From Vicinamibacterales bacterium (GTDB lineage: Bacteria; Acidobacteriota; Vicinamibacteria; Vicinamibacterales; UBA8438): 64,000 nt of DNA. The notes beneath the pieces are model-generated. The model did no database searches, was not told the origin of the DNA, and was given only the letters and a program-made list of their open reading frames with translations. Made by a program: the position numbers and the translations under genes. Location of the stretch: NCBI GenBank assembly GCA_965215105.1, contig OZ244051.1, positions 3,074,896 to 3,138,895 on the forward strand, in the 5' to 3' direction. Below are positions 27,258-37,235 of this stretch, piece after piece (position 1 is the first letter of the stretch; every line of letters begins with the position of its first letter).

Positions 27258-27415
27258 GAGCCGCGGCCGGGCGCGGCGGGACTCTCGAAGACCGCCCGGT
27301 GCGCGGCGGTCCGTTCCGCGGGACGGTGAGAGCCCCGGCCGGCGGCGGGACTCTCGAAGACTGCCTGATGCGCGGCGGACCGCTCCGCGGGACGGTGAGA
27401 GCCCCGGCCGGCGGC
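27254..27415 (+). repeat. Tandem repeat of 72/69-bp unit, 2.3 copies, spanning a gene junction
   Basis: Units start at 27254, 27326 and 27395, each beginning gtgagagcc. Confidence 0.9.
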
Positions 27416-28312
27416 AGCAGGGCCATTTCGGCGACGGCCGTACTCCTCGCCGGGCTTCTCGTCGTCCTCGCCGTGCACGACGCTGGGGCACAGGGTGCCC
27501 GCCGCGCCTACGACTTCGGCCAGGAGGTCGTGCCGGCCTACGAGGGCTGGGAGCAGAACCCGGACGGCTCGTTCAACCTGGTGTTCGGGACGATGAACCG
27601 GAACTGGGAGGAGGAGCTGCACATCCCCATCGGCCCCGACAACAACATCGAGCCCGGGGGGCCCGACCGGGGGCAGCCGACCTGGTTCCTGCCGCGGCGG
27701 AACCGCTTCCTCTTCCGCATCCGGGTCCCGGCCGACTTCGGGGACAAGGAGCTGGTGTGGACGCTCACCAGCCACGGCGAGACGAAGCGTGCCTACGGCA
27801 CCCTGAAGCCCGACTACTACATGGACGACAACGTCCGCATGGCGAACAACGGGGCCGGCGTCTCCGGCGAGCTGTTCAAGAACGTGGCCCCGACGCTGGA
27901 GGTGCCCGGCGAGTCGACGCGAACCGTGAAGGCGAACGTGCCCGTCACCCTGACCGCGGTCGCGCACGACGAGGACGAGTTGCCGAGGCGGCGGCGCATG
28001 CGCCCCGTCGACCCGGGCCGCCCCACGAGCCTGACGCCGATCGCCGCCACCGGCCTCCGGCTGTCGTGGTTCGTTTACCGGGGGGCGGTGCCGGTGACCT
28101 TCGACCCGGTGCAGACCAAGGTCTGGGAAGATACGCGGGCCAACTCGAACTCGCCGTGGGGCGCGGGCTGGGAGACGCCCGAGCCGCCCCGGGACAACGA
28201 GTGGATGGTGCAGGCGACCTTCACGGAGCCCGGCACCTACGTGCTGCGGTGCATCGCCCACGACGGGGGCCTGGCGACCTACGAAGACGTCACGTTCGTG
28301 GTGACGGAGTGA
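27368..28312 (+). CDS. Secreted hypothetical protein, partner of the upstream cytochrome c protein
   Basis: The region after RAISATAVLLAGLLVVLAVHDAGAQG looks like a signal peptide. The coding-like sequence runs to FVVTE. The start is ambiguous (ATG 27368 or GTG 27395) because it lies in the tandem repeat. Confidence 0.6.
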   Translation: MRGGPLRGTVRAPAGGSRAISATAVLLAGLLVVLAVHDAGAQGARRAYDFGQEVVPAYEGWEQNPDGSFNLVFGTMNRNWEEELHIPIGPDNNIEPGGPDRGQPTWFLPRRNRFLFRIRVPADFGDKELVWTLTSHGETKRAYGTLKPDYYMDDNVRMANNGAGVSGELFKNVAPTLEVPGESTRTVKANVPVTLTAVAHDEDELPRRRRMRPVDPGRPTSLTPIAATGLRLSWFVYRGAVPVTFDPVQTKVWEDTRANSNSPWGAGWETPEPPRDNEWMVQATFTEPGTYVLRCIAHDGGLATYEDVTFVVTE

Positions 28313-28411
28313 GGCGTTCGTGGTGACGGCGTGACAGGCGTCGGAGAGTAATGCAGCTCGCACGAGCGGCGTCCGTGGTGACGACGTGAGGCGTTCGTGG
28401 TGACGGCGTGA
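28293..28411 (+). repeat. Four copies of a 20-bp motif cgt(t/c)cgtggtgacg(g/a)(a/c)gtga that reiterate the gene 3' end and stop codon
   Basis: Copies lie at 28293-28312 (the true gene end), 28315-28334, 28370-28389 and 28392-28411. There is a 22-bp period within pairs and a 77-bp period between pairs. Confidence 0.9.
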
Positions 28412-28450
28412 AGCGGAGGCCGACTGCAGGCCTGCAGCCTGCGTCGCGGC

Positions 28451-29770
28451 CTATGTACCGCTCCGGTCCGCGAAGCGAGCCTCCATCTCGCGCCTCACCT
28501 CGACGGCCATCCCGCTCGGGTCGATCTCCACGTCGCCCCACCTCACGACCTCGCCCGCGCCGATGGCCCGCTTCAGGGTCACCCCGTGGGCGAGGCCGAT
28601 CGGCAGGGCCCCGCGTTCCAGCGACGCCCGCGCCGGCAGCAGCTTCCCGTAGACGGTGAACCCGCCCTCGCCGTCGAGCACCTCCCCCGCGGCGAGATCG
28701 CGCTTCGCCGTCGCCGACACGTCGCCGACGAAATCGCGCGCAGCGCCGGTCGGCTTCCCGAGCAGCCCGGCCGCGAGGACCGACACGTTCAGCTCGAGCC
28801 CGATGAGGTGGAACGGCTTGTACATGGCCGAGTACCGGCCCGAGGCGTCGGTGTTCATGCCGTACTGCCGGAAGCAGCCCGCGGTGTAGTCGTTGGGCGC
28901 CTCGACGACGACGTAGACGCCCCAGCGCAGATCGCCGGGCACCGGCCGGCCGTCGCGCTCGAGCGACGACACCACCTCGACCTGCCCCTTGTGGTGGAGC
29001 TGGCCGCCGGCCTCGGCGGGCCGCAGCACGTGCGCGAGGTCGTCCCGGCCGCAGGGGGGGAACCGCAGGCCGTCGGGTGCGGGCGTGAGGCCGGTCGCGT
29101 TGGCGATGGCGGCCATCTCGATGGCCGACTTCGTGCCGTCCAGGAACGAGTTGAACATGCGGCTGTTCATGCCCGCCGCCCGCGCCTCCTCGGCGGTCAG
29201 CCCGTAGTGGTCCCACACCGTATCCGGCGTCGAGGCGTGGTACGACGGCAGGTACTTGGTGCCCTTCCCCGCCGCCACCACGTCGAAGCCGCACGCGCGC
29301 GCCCACTCCACGAGCTCGCACGTCAGGGCGGGCTGATCGCCGTAGGCCATCGTGTAGACGACGCCGGCCGCGCGCGCCTCGGCCGCCAGCAGCGGCCCCG
29401 CCAGCACGTCGGCCTCGACGTTGACCATCACGATGTGCCGCCCCGCCGAGCATGCCGCGCGCGCGTGCGCGATGCCCGACGCGGGGTCGCCGGTCGCCTC
29501 GACGACGACGTCGACGGCGTCGTCGCGCACCATCTCGATCGCGTCGTCCGTGAACCGCGTCTCGGCGATGCGTGCACCCGTCCAGCCGACGGCGCGGCAC
29601 GCGGCGCGCGCGCGGTCCGGATCGAGGTCCGCGATCGCGCGCACTTCCAGGCCGGTCGTCGACGGGATCTGGCTCAGGAACATCGAGCCGAACTTGCCGG
29701 CGCCGATCAGGCCCACCCGCACCGGCCGGTCGGCCGCGGCACGCGCGCGCAACTCGTCCCATAGATACAT
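28451..29770 (-). CDS. NAD(P)-binding oxidoreductase with a C-terminal SAF-like domain (homoserine dehydrogenase-like fold)
   Basis: VRVGLIGAGKFGSMF is a Rossmann motif. The length and the C-terminal region GEVLDGEGGFTVYG fit SAF-containing dehydrogenases. Confidence 0.65.
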   Translation of the reverse strand: MYLWDELRARAAADRPVRVGLIGAGKFGSMFLSQIPSTTGLEVRAIADLDPDRARAACRAVGWTGARIAETRFTDDAIEMVRDDAVDVVVEATGDPASGIAHARAACSAGRHIVMVNVEADVLAGPLLAAEARAAGVVYTMAYGDQPALTCELVEWARACGFDVVAAGKGTKYLPSYHASTPDTVWDHYGLTAEEARAAGMNSRMFNSFLDGTKSAIEMAAIANATGLTPAPDGLRFPPCGRDDLAHVLRPAEAGGQLHHKGQVEVVSSLERDGRPVPGDLRWGVYVVVEAPNDYTAGCFRQYGMNTDASGRYSAMYKPFHLIGLELNVSVLAAGLLGKPTGAARDFVGDVSATAKRDLAAGEVLDGEGGFTVYGKLLPARASLERGALPIGLAHGVTLKRAIGAGEVVRWGDVEIDPSGMAVEVRREMEARFADRSGT

Positions 29771-29781
29771 CGCGTCCCCGT

Positions 29782-30576
29782 TCAGACCGTCGCGCCCGCG
29801 CGCACGAGCTCGGCGAGGCAGTCGTCGCCCAGCGGCTCGATGGGCGCGAAGTCGCGGTGGGCGATCCACGCCGCGCGCTTGAACCGGCGGATGTGGTTGT
29901 CGACGTGACACAGCGAGAGGTAGACGATGCTGCGGCCGAACGGGCTGATGTTCGGCGGGCTCGCGTGCACGAGGGTCGAGGCGAAGACGATGATGCTGCC
30001 CGGCGGCCCCGTCGGGGCCACGCAGCCGCCCCGCTCGGCGAGGCGGGTCACGGTGGCGCGGTCGAGGGTCCACAGCGGGTAGCTCGTCGTCTCCAGATCG
30101 TGGCCGGCCTCGAACACCCCCTGCCGGTGGCTCCCGGGCAGGAACAGCAGCGGCCCGTTGGCGGCGGTCACCTCGTCGAGGAACACCGCGATGTTCATGG
30201 CCCTCGGCTCGGGCATCTCGTCGTCGCGGTGCCACGTGCCGAAGTCCTGGTGCCACTGCCACACCTCGCCGTCGAACGCGGCCTTGGCGTTCACCTTGTA
30301 CTGGTGCATGTAGACCGGGCCGCCGACGAGCTGCATCACCGGCTCGACGAGGCGCGGGTGGCGCCCGAGGCGGCGGAACGCCTCGTTGTAGGTGTGGGCC
30401 GCGAACGCGGTGCGGGCGACGCCGCTCGACTCGCGCCACACCTCCTGGCGGTCGAGAGCGTAGACCTCGTCGGCGGCGGCCCGCAGCACCGCCGCCTCGT
30501 CGGCCGAGAACCGCGAGGGGAAGAACAGGTAGCCCTGCTCCTCGAACCGGGCGATCTCCTCGGGGGTCAGCTTCAT
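29782..30576 (-). CDS. Phytanoyl-CoA dioxygenase (PhyH)/ectoine hydroxylase-like Fe(II)/2OG oxygenase
   Basis: LTPEEIARFEEQGYLFF, WQWHQDF (HxD) and LVHASPPN (distal His). GAGGAGGAG RBS is present. Confidence 0.8.
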   Translation of the reverse strand: MKLTPEEIARFEEQGYLFFPSRFSADEAAVLRAAADEVYALDRQEVWRESSGVARTAFAAHTYNEAFRRLGRHPRLVEPVMQLVGGPVYMHQYKVNAKAAFDGEVWQWHQDFGTWHRDDEMPEPRAMNIAVFLDEVTAANGPLLFLPGSHRQGVFEAGHDLETTSYPLWTLDRATVTRLAERGGCVAPTGPPGSIIVFASTLVHASPPNISPFGRSIVYLSLCHVDNHIRRFKRAAWIAHRDFAPIEPLGDDCLAELVRAGATV

Positions 30577-30803
30577 GACGGCTCCTCCTCGGGGTCAGGA
30601 ACTCGAGCCGGCACCGCCCCACCCGGCTCGGGCATCCTGCTCCGCCCCCCGGACGCGTACACTGTAGGCCATGACGAGCCCATGGACCGTCACCAAGTTT
30701 ATGCGGAACGGCCTGCCACGCGAACGCGCAACGAACGAGATCGACCGTTGGGGCGTGACCGCGATACCACGATGACCGCCCGAGAATCAGGAGCGACGCA
30801 CGG

Positions 30804-31538
30804 ATGCCCGCACTGACCGACTACCGCGTCCTGACGTTCGACTGCTACGGCACCCTGATCGACTGGGAGTGCGGCATCTGGGATGCGCTGCAGCCCGTGA
30901 TCATGCGCAACCCGGGCAGCGGCGTCACCCGCGACGCCGGCCTCCGCGCCTTTGCGCAAAGCGAGAGCCGGCAGGAGCAGGCCACGCCGGGCCTCCGCTA
31001 TCCGGAGCTGCTCGCGCGCGTGCACCGGCGCATCGCCGACAGCCTGGACCTGCGGACGGACGACGACCTCGACGCGGCCTTCGGCGCCTCCGTGCCGCAC
31101 TGGCCGGCGTTCCCGGACACCGCCGACGCCCTGCGCGTCCTCAAGCGACACTACCGCCTCGTCATCCTGTCCAACGTGCACCGCGACGGCATCGCCGCCT
31201 CGAACCGGAAGCTCGGGGTCGAGTTCGACGCCGTCTACACCGCCGAGGACATCGGGTCGTACAAGCCGGCCGACGCCAACTTCGAGTACATGCTGGGCCG
31301 CCTGAAGTCCGACCTGGGGCTGGAGCGGCCGGACGTGCTGCACACCGCGCAGAGCCTGCACCACGACCACGCGCCGGCGAACCGGTTCGGTCTCGCCAAC
31401 GCCTGGATCGACCGGCAGCGGCTGTCGGAGGGCGGAAGCTGGGGCGCCACGGAGCGCGTCGAGCCCATGCCGTCGACGGACTTCGTGTTCTTCTCGATGG
31501 GCGAGATGGCGCAGGCCGTGGCGGCCGCACGGCCATAG
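30804..31538 (+). CDS. HAD-superfamily hydrolase (haloacid dehalogenase type II-like)
   Basis: LTFDCYGTLIDWE, LVILSNV and SYKPADANF. Confidence 0.8.
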   Translation: MPALTDYRVLTFDCYGTLIDWECGIWDALQPVIMRNPGSGVTRDAGLRAFAQSESRQEQATPGLRYPELLARVHRRIADSLDLRTDDDLDAAFGASVPHWPAFPDTADALRVLKRHYRLVILSNVHRDGIAASNRKLGVEFDAVYTAEDIGSYKPADANFEYMLGRLKSDLGLERPDVLHTAQSLHHDHAPANRFGLANAWIDRQRLSEGGSWGATERVEPMPSTDFVFFSMGEMAQAVAAARP

Positions 31539-31631
31539 CGCGGACGTCGGCGCTTCAGCGATCGTCCGAGAGAGACACCCTCTTCGTCAGGTCCACTCGA
31601 CGCCTCTACGAAGTGCGCGCCCCGGCCTGCC

Positions 31632-32240
31632 TCAGAACGGCGGCTTCCAGACGGCGGCAAGGTCGAGCGAGAACCCCGGCAGGACCGTTTCGCCGGTGAC
31701 GACGTCGGTGCGCGGTTCGAGGCTGCCGTCGGCACGGTAGATGGCGACCTGCCGCCGAGCGGGATCGATGAGCCAGCCGAGGCGGGCGCCGTTGGCGCGG
31801 TACTCCTCCATCTTTCGCCGGGCGGCCGCACGAGAGTCGGACGGCGAGAGCAGCTCGATGACGAAGTCGGGGCACAGCGGCAGGAATCGCTCCTTGTCCT
31901 CGGGAGAGAGCCCGGCAAGCCGGCTGCGGAGGACCCAGGCCGCGTCCGGTGCACGCACCGCGCCGTTGGGAAGCTCGAAGCCGGTCGAGGAATCGAAGGC
32001 GACGCCGGTCCCATCCTCTTCGGCCCAGCGATAGAGGGCGCCGAACAGGAGACCGTTCCGCGCCCCCGTTTCCCCGCCGGCGGGCGTCATCACCGCGATG
32101 CTCCCTTCCGCGTTGCGCTCGATCCGCACGTCGCGATTCAGTTGGCAGAACTGGAAGAACTGCTCCCGGCTCATGTCGATGGCAGGGGCCATGTGCAGCT
32201 CGAAGGCCGCCGGGCCGGGCCGCTGATGGAGGACCGCCAT
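31632..32240 (-). CDS. Uma2 (DUF820) family endonuclease
   Basis: FFQFCQLN...RIERNAEGSIAVMTP and PDFVIELLSPSD match the family pattern. Confidence 0.8.
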   Translation of the reverse strand: MAVLHQRPGPAAFELHMAPAIDMSREQFFQFCQLNRDVRIERNAEGSIAVMTPAGGETGARNGLLFGALYRWAEEDGTGVAFDSSTGFELPNGAVRAPDAAWVLRSRLAGLSPEDKERFLPLCPDFVIELLSPSDSRAAARRKMEEYRANGARLGWLIDPARRQVAIYRADGSLEPRTDVVTGETVLPGFSLDLAAVWKPPF

Positions 32241-32525
32241 GACCTCAGGCTACCGCACGAGCTTCGCGGGAATCAACGGCGCCGGACTGCCCGCGGGCGT
32301 TCGCTACCATGGAGAGCGCTGGGAGCCCGTGGCGAGAGTCCCCGCTGCATTCGAGCGGCGATGCACTCCTCCTGACGGCGTTGTTCGCCAGTTGCATATG
32401 CCCAATATGTGCGCCCCCTCATGCTTGTCAGGCAGGTGCCTCGGCCGTTTGCTGGCCCCTTCCGGCGCGGCGCAACGCGAGGTCACCACGGGCTCCCAGG
32501 CACGCGACCCTTGGCGCCATCCCGG

Positions 32526-33593
32526 TCAACGGGCCGCTCCACCGGTCGCGGCGACGAGCCTCGCCGCGACCGTGGAGAGGCCCAGCCGGTGATCGTCCGG
32601 GTCGATCCAGCGCGCGGCGTCCTCGCGGACCGCGGCCGGCCGGGACTTGAGGCGGACGTAGACCGGCTCGACGTCGAGGTCGTAGTGGGTGAACGCGTGG
32701 CGGAAGACGTCGGCGGCGCGGATCTCGTCGACGAGGCCGGCATCCACGCCGCTCTCGTCGAGGAATCCGTCCACCGTCTCGCGGGCGTCGCGGTCCGGCG
32801 GCGACCAGAGGCCACCCCAGATGCCGGCGGGCGGGCGCCGCTCGACCAGACAGGCGCCGTCGGGGTCCACGAGCACGAAGAACCGGCGCCGCTCCAGGCG
32901 GCGGGGGCGGCGCGGCGCGGCTTCCGGATATCGCTCCGGATCCCCCGCGGCGAAGGCCAGGCAGCCGGCGCGCACCGGGCAGTCGCCGCAGCGCGGCCTG
33001 CGGCGGCGGCACACCGTCGCCCCGAGGTCCATGACGGCCTGGGTGTAGTCGGCCGCGCGGTCCCGCGGGGTGTGCGATTCCGCGAGCCGCCACAGCTCGT
33101 CGAGGGTCGCGGTCGACGACACCGGGCCGGGGACCCGGTGGCGGCGCGCCAGCACGCGCTTGACGTTGCCGTCCAGGATCGGCGCCCGCCGGTCCCAGGC
33201 CTGGGCCACGATGGCGGCGGCGGTGGAACGACCGATGCCCGGCAGGGCCCGCAGCGCCGCCTCGGTGTCGGGGAACGTCCCGTCGTGCTCTCCGACGACG
33301 ATGCCCGCAGCGCGGTGCAGATGACGCGCGCGCGCGTAGTAGCCGAGGCCGCTCCACAGGTGCAGCACGTCGTCGAGGTCGGCCCGCGCCAGGGTCCCCA
33401 CGTCGGGGAAGCGGGCCGTGAACCGATCGAAGTACGGCGCGACCGTGCCGACCTGGGTCTGCTGCAGCATGACCTCGGCCACCCACACCCGGTACGGCGT
33501 GCGCTCCCGCTGCCACGGCAGGTCCCTGCGGCCATGAACCTCCCACCACGCGAGCAGACGGAGGGCGAAAGAACGGGCGGCGGCGGAGGCCAT
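32526..33593 (-). CDS. mutY: A/G-specific adenine DNA glycosylase MutY
   Basis: LLAWWEVHGRRDLPWQ, VWVAEVMLQQTQV, LGYYARARHLH, a Cys cluster CRRRRPRCGDCPVRAGC, and a NUDIX-like C-terminus. Confidence 0.9.
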   Translation of the reverse strand: MASAAARSFALRLLAWWEVHGRRDLPWQRERTPYRVWVAEVMLQQTQVGTVAPYFDRFTARFPDVGTLARADLDDVLHLWSGLGYYARARHLHRAAGIVVGEHDGTFPDTEAALRALPGIGRSTAAAIVAQAWDRRAPILDGNVKRVLARRHRVPGPVSSTATLDELWRLAESHTPRDRAADYTQAVMDLGATVCRRRRPRCGDCPVRAGCLAFAAGDPERYPEAAPRRPRRLERRRFFVLVDPDGACLVERRPPAGIWGGLWSPPDRDARETVDGFLDESGVDAGLVDEIRAADVFRHAFTHYDLDVEPVYVRLKSRPAAVREDAARWIDPDDHRLGLSTVAARLVAATGGAAR

Positions 33594-33822
33594 GGGCTGC
33601 GTCACCCCGACGGCACCCGCGCCGGCGCGAAGTGCTCGACGACGGGGCAGGGAACCGCCGGCGGGGTCGGCCGTCTCTGCGCCACCCTCGGCCGGGTCTC
33701 GACGTCGCGGACGCGGAACCGGCCGGCGCATTCTCGCACCGGCCGACGCCGAAGGCCGGCTCGGCGAGCTGTTCGCCTACGCCGGCAACCACGGCATCGC
33801 GGCGTTTCAGCCATGGGCCGCG

Positions 33823-34536
33823 TCACTCCATCATCACCCGCGCCAGCGCCGCGAAGTCCTCGACGACGAGGTCCGGCTGGTGCGGCGAGCCGCCGAAGGG
33901 GCGTCGCCGCCGGTCGATGAACGCGGTGCGCATGCCGGCCGCCTTCGCGCCGATGCAGTCGAACGCGTGGTTGGCGACGAAGAGCACGCTCGAGGGGTCG
34001 GCGTCGAGTCGCTCGCAGGCCGTCGCATAGGTCGCGCGGTGCGGCTTGAAGTAGCCCGCCTCCTCGACCGAGATGACCGCGTCGAAGTCGAACCCGATGT
34101 GCGGCCGGGCCGCTTCGAGCATGTCGCGGTCGCCGTTCGAGAGGATCGCGAGGCGGTACCGTCCGCGCAGCCGTTCGAGCGCCTCGATCACGTCGGGGAA
34201 CGGCTTGAGCCGCTCGATGCAGCCGACCAGCCAGCGCACCTCGTCGCGGGTGTGGTCGATTTCCGCGCGGCGCATGACCTGCGACACCGCGCGGTGGCCG
34301 ATCTCGCGGTAGGACGTGTGGCCGCGGTCGCACAGCGAATCGATCATCGAGTCTTCGAAGTGCGTGCGCCGCCACCAGGTGACGAACCGGTGGGGATCGC
34401 CGCGCCAGCCCTTGCCGGCCAGGAACGGCGTCACCATCTCGGTCAGCCCGCCCTGCATGTCGACGATGGTGCCGTACTGGTCGAACATCAGGGTCGAGAC
34501 CCTGCTGCGCGGGAGACCGGCCGGGTCGAGGCTCAT
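33823..34536 (-). CDS. HAD-superfamily hydrolase (haloacid dehalogenase type II-like)
   Basis: LMFDQYGTIVDM, LAILSNGD and YFKPHRATY. GAAGGAGAA RBS is present. Confidence 0.8.
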   Translation of the reverse strand: MSLDPAGLPRSRVSTLMFDQYGTIVDMQGGLTEMVTPFLAGKGWRGDPHRFVTWWRRTHFEDSMIDSLCDRGHTSYREIGHRAVSQVMRRAEIDHTRDEVRWLVGCIERLKPFPDVIEALERLRGRYRLAILSNGDRDMLEAARPHIGFDFDAVISVEEAGYFKPHRATYATACERLDADPSSVLFVANHAFDCIGAKAAGMRTAFIDRRRRPFGGSPHQPDLVVEDFAALARVMME

Positions 34537-34629
34537 CGCGTTCTCCTTCTCCTCCGCTGCGCGGCGCAGTCACCGCGCAGACGCCCGCGTCCGCCAGGAA
34601 CGGCAGCACCGCCGGAATCGCGTTCGCCA

Positions 34630-35907
34630 TCAGGCGCGCGGGCGCACTCGGCGCCGCGTCGCCGCCGCGTCCTCGAGGAGCGGCAGCACCGCGGGGGTCG
34701 CGTCCGCCATCAGGCGGGTCAGGTACGCGTCGTCGCCCCGACGGCCCGGGTAGTGCAGGCCGGCCCCCGCATCGAGCAGCAAGCGGACGACCTCGACGTA
34801 GGCATCGGCCCGGTCCCGCGCGCCGCCGGAGTAGCGCGCGCCGTGCACCGCCCACCCGAGCGGCGAGCTGTCGTGGCACGCATCGAAGACGTCGAGCGGC
34901 GCGCCGGCCTCCAGCAGCAGGCGGGCGTTGTCGGGCTGGCCGAACCACGCGGCCTGATGCAGCGGGGTCCCCTCGTCGAGCCCCGTGGCGGTGAGATCCG
35001 CACCCGCGGCAATGAGCAGCGCTACGGGGGCGGTACCGGTTCTCCCGGCCACGTCGGCGAGCAGGCGGTCCTCTTCCGGGTTGCCGGTGCGCGCGCAACC
35101 CGGGTGCGCCTCGAGCAGGCGCCGCGCCTCGTCGAGCTCACCACCGACGACGGCCACGGCCAGCCGGTCGGCGGGGGCGAGGGTGGTGTCGGCCCCGCGC
35201 TCCGCCAGCAGGCTCGCCAGCTCGGAGAACCCGCGGCGCGCGGCGTGGGCGTAGGCGGTCTTCCCGCCCGCGGTGCGCGCGTCGATGTCCGCGCCGTGGT
35301 CCAGCAGACGCCGCACCGCGCCGGCGCGCCGGCGCCGCGCCGCCACGTGAAGCGGGGTCTCGGCGGCGGCGCCCGCCCGCGCCGTCAGGTCCGCACCCGC
35401 CTCGAGCCGGCGCGCGAGCTCCGCGTCGCCGTCCGGGCCGTAGTCGTCGTCGAGGAACTCGTGCAGGCTCGGCTCTGCCCGAGCCCCGCCGGGGGCGAGG
35501 CCCATCTGCGCGAACGCCGCGAGGTTGTCCCACTCTGCCCACGCCTCGACGAGACGTCCCGCCTCGAGGCGGTAGACGGCGAGATAGCGGACCCGCACCG
35601 GCCGGCCGGTGGGGGCATGGTCGCCGAAGGGCCCGGTCTGGGTGCCGGTGAGCAGATGGCGCGCGGCGACGCGGTCGCCCTCGGCGACGAGGTCCTCGAC
35701 CGTCTCCCGCGCGTCGGGGAAGGTGAGGTACTCGTTGCGGAGGAACCACTTGAGATCGTCCCGGCTGCGCACCCCCGGCTCGCCGGCCGCGTCGCTGTGC
35801 CGGACGAACTCCGGGGCCACCAGACGGTCCAGGGCGTCCCAGTCCTGCGCGTTGACGGCGTCGACGAACGCCAGGACGATCCGCTTGTTGCGGTCCGAAT
35901 CGCTCAT
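34630..35907 (-). CDS. SnoaL-like (ester cyclase) domain fused to ankyrin repeats
   Basis: The N-terminus NKRIVLAFVDAVNAQDWDALDRLVAPEFVRH is SnoaL-like. Repeated TPLH..A......V..LL..GAD motifs are ankyrin repeats. Confidence 0.75.
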   Translation of the reverse strand: MSDSDRNKRIVLAFVDAVNAQDWDALDRLVAPEFVRHSDAAGEPGVRSRDDLKWFLRNEYLTFPDARETVEDLVAEGDRVAARHLLTGTQTGPFGDHAPTGRPVRVRYLAVYRLEAGRLVEAWAEWDNLAAFAQMGLAPGGARAEPSLHEFLDDDYGPDGDAELARRLEAGADLTARAGAAAETPLHVAARRRRAGAVRRLLDHGADIDARTAGGKTAYAHAARRGFSELASLLAERGADTTLAPADRLAVAVVGGELDEARRLLEAHPGCARTGNPEEDRLLADVAGRTGTAPVALLIAAGADLTATGLDEGTPLHQAAWFGQPDNARLLLEAGAPLDVFDACHDSSPLGWAVHGARYSGGARDRADAYVEVVRLLLDAGAGLHYPGRRGDDAYLTRLMADATPAVLPLLEDAAATRRRVRPRA

Positions 35908-35917
35908 TGCGCGACGC

Positions 35918-37000
35918 TCACACCAGATAGCGGGCTACCGCCGCCTCGTCCCAGTCCATGCCGAGGCCGGGCCCGCGCGCGGTGACCGCGCCGTCCACCA
36001 CCCGCGGCGGGTCGGCGAGGACGGCGCCGGCGAGGTCCAGGTACTCCAGGTAGTGGGCCAGCGGCGTCACCGGCAGGACGTGGGCGCTGGCCTCGATGAA
36101 GAGGTGGCTGGAGACCGGCACGCTGGCCGCCTCGGCCTGCCCCATCGCGCGCAGCCAGCCCGTCACTCCCCCGATTTTCATGATGTCCGGCATGCAAAGG
36201 TCGCAGGCCCCGGCCGCGAGGGCGCGGGCCATGTCGTGCCCGAACCACCAGTTCTCGCCGGTCTGGACGGGGACCGGAGACGCCTCGCGGATACGCGCGT
36301 GGCCGGCGAGGTCCTCGGCCGGCACCGGCTCCTCGACCCATTCGAGGTCGAACCGGGCCAGCGCGCGGATGCGCCGCAGGGCCTCGGGCGCGGTCAGCGA
36401 CTGGTTGTAGTCGACCATCAGCCGCACGTCCGGCCCGACGATCTCGCGCACCCCGGCGACCCTCGCCTCGTCCCACGCCAGATCGCCGACCCCGATCTTG
36501 ATCTTGATCGCGCGAAAGCCCTGCTCGACGCTCCGCTCCAGCGCGGCCCGGTCCGCCGCCGGATCGACGATGCCGAAGCTGTCGTAGGCCGGCACCGGCT
36601 TCGCCTGCCCCCCGAGCAGCTCGACCACCGGCCGCCGCTGCGCGCGCCCCTGCAGGTCCCACAGGGCCATGTCGAGGCCCGACAGGGCCATGCCGACGAG
36701 CCCCTGGCGCCCCATCAGGCGGAAGCGCGCGGCCAGGTCGTCGTACACCCCCGCGGGAGAAGCCGCGCGTCCCCGCACGACCTCCTCCACGTCCTCGAGA
36801 AACGCCTTCAGCGCCCGTAGCGTGAGCGTGGTGTACCCGAAGACGTAGGCCCTGCCGACCGGCCCCTCCTCCGAGGCGACGTCCACCAGCAGGAGCGGCG
36901 AGACCGGGATGTCGCCCGACGCGGTGCGCAGCGGCCGCGCCAACGGTGCGGCGACGGCGCGCGCCGTCAGCGCGCGTATGGTCAGAGCGGACTCGAGCAT
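35918..37000 (-). CDS. Mandelate racemase/muconate lactonizing enzyme family (enolase superfamily)
   Basis: IKIKIG, LMVDYNQ, LEWVEEP and DLCMPDIMKIGG. Start taken at MLESALTI. Confidence 0.8.
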   Translation of the reverse strand: MLESALTIRALTARAVAAPLARPLRTASGDIPVSPLLLVDVASEEGPVGRAYVFGYTTLTLRALKAFLEDVEEVVRGRAASPAGVYDDLAARFRLMGRQGLVGMALSGLDMALWDLQGRAQRRPVVELLGGQAKPVPAYDSFGIVDPAADRAALERSVEQGFRAIKIKIGVGDLAWDEARVAGVREIVGPDVRLMVDYNQSLTAPEALRRIRALARFDLEWVEEPVPAEDLAGHARIREASPVPVQTGENWWFGHDMARALAAGACDLCMPDIMKIGGVTGWLRAMGQAEAASVPVSSHLFIEASAHVLPVTPLAHYLEYLDLAGAVLADPPRVVDGAVTARGPGLGMDWDEAAVARYLV

Positions 37001-37235
37001 GACAGGCTCCGTAGCGGTCGTCGTTCGTTCCACGCCCGAGGACGTCGCGGACCGCCCACGCAGACGATACGCCGGGGCTGAACGAAGGTCAACGCAGGCC
37101 GGCGACCGCGTCCAGCCGCCCGTCGCAACGGCCCCGCCGCGTTCGACCGCCCCAATGGACCGATTCCGCCCGGTTGGCGGTAGACTCCCATCGAGCGGCG
37201 TCGCGACAATCCCGCGCGCCGCGGGAGGCAAGGCG

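Noticed and set aside
28293-28411. A possible mini-CRISPR array, based on four copies of a 20-bp motif.
   Set aside because: The copies are arranged as two abutting pairs with no spacer-like unique segments of regular length. The motif is simply the reiterated gene 3' end. No cas genes are present in the window.
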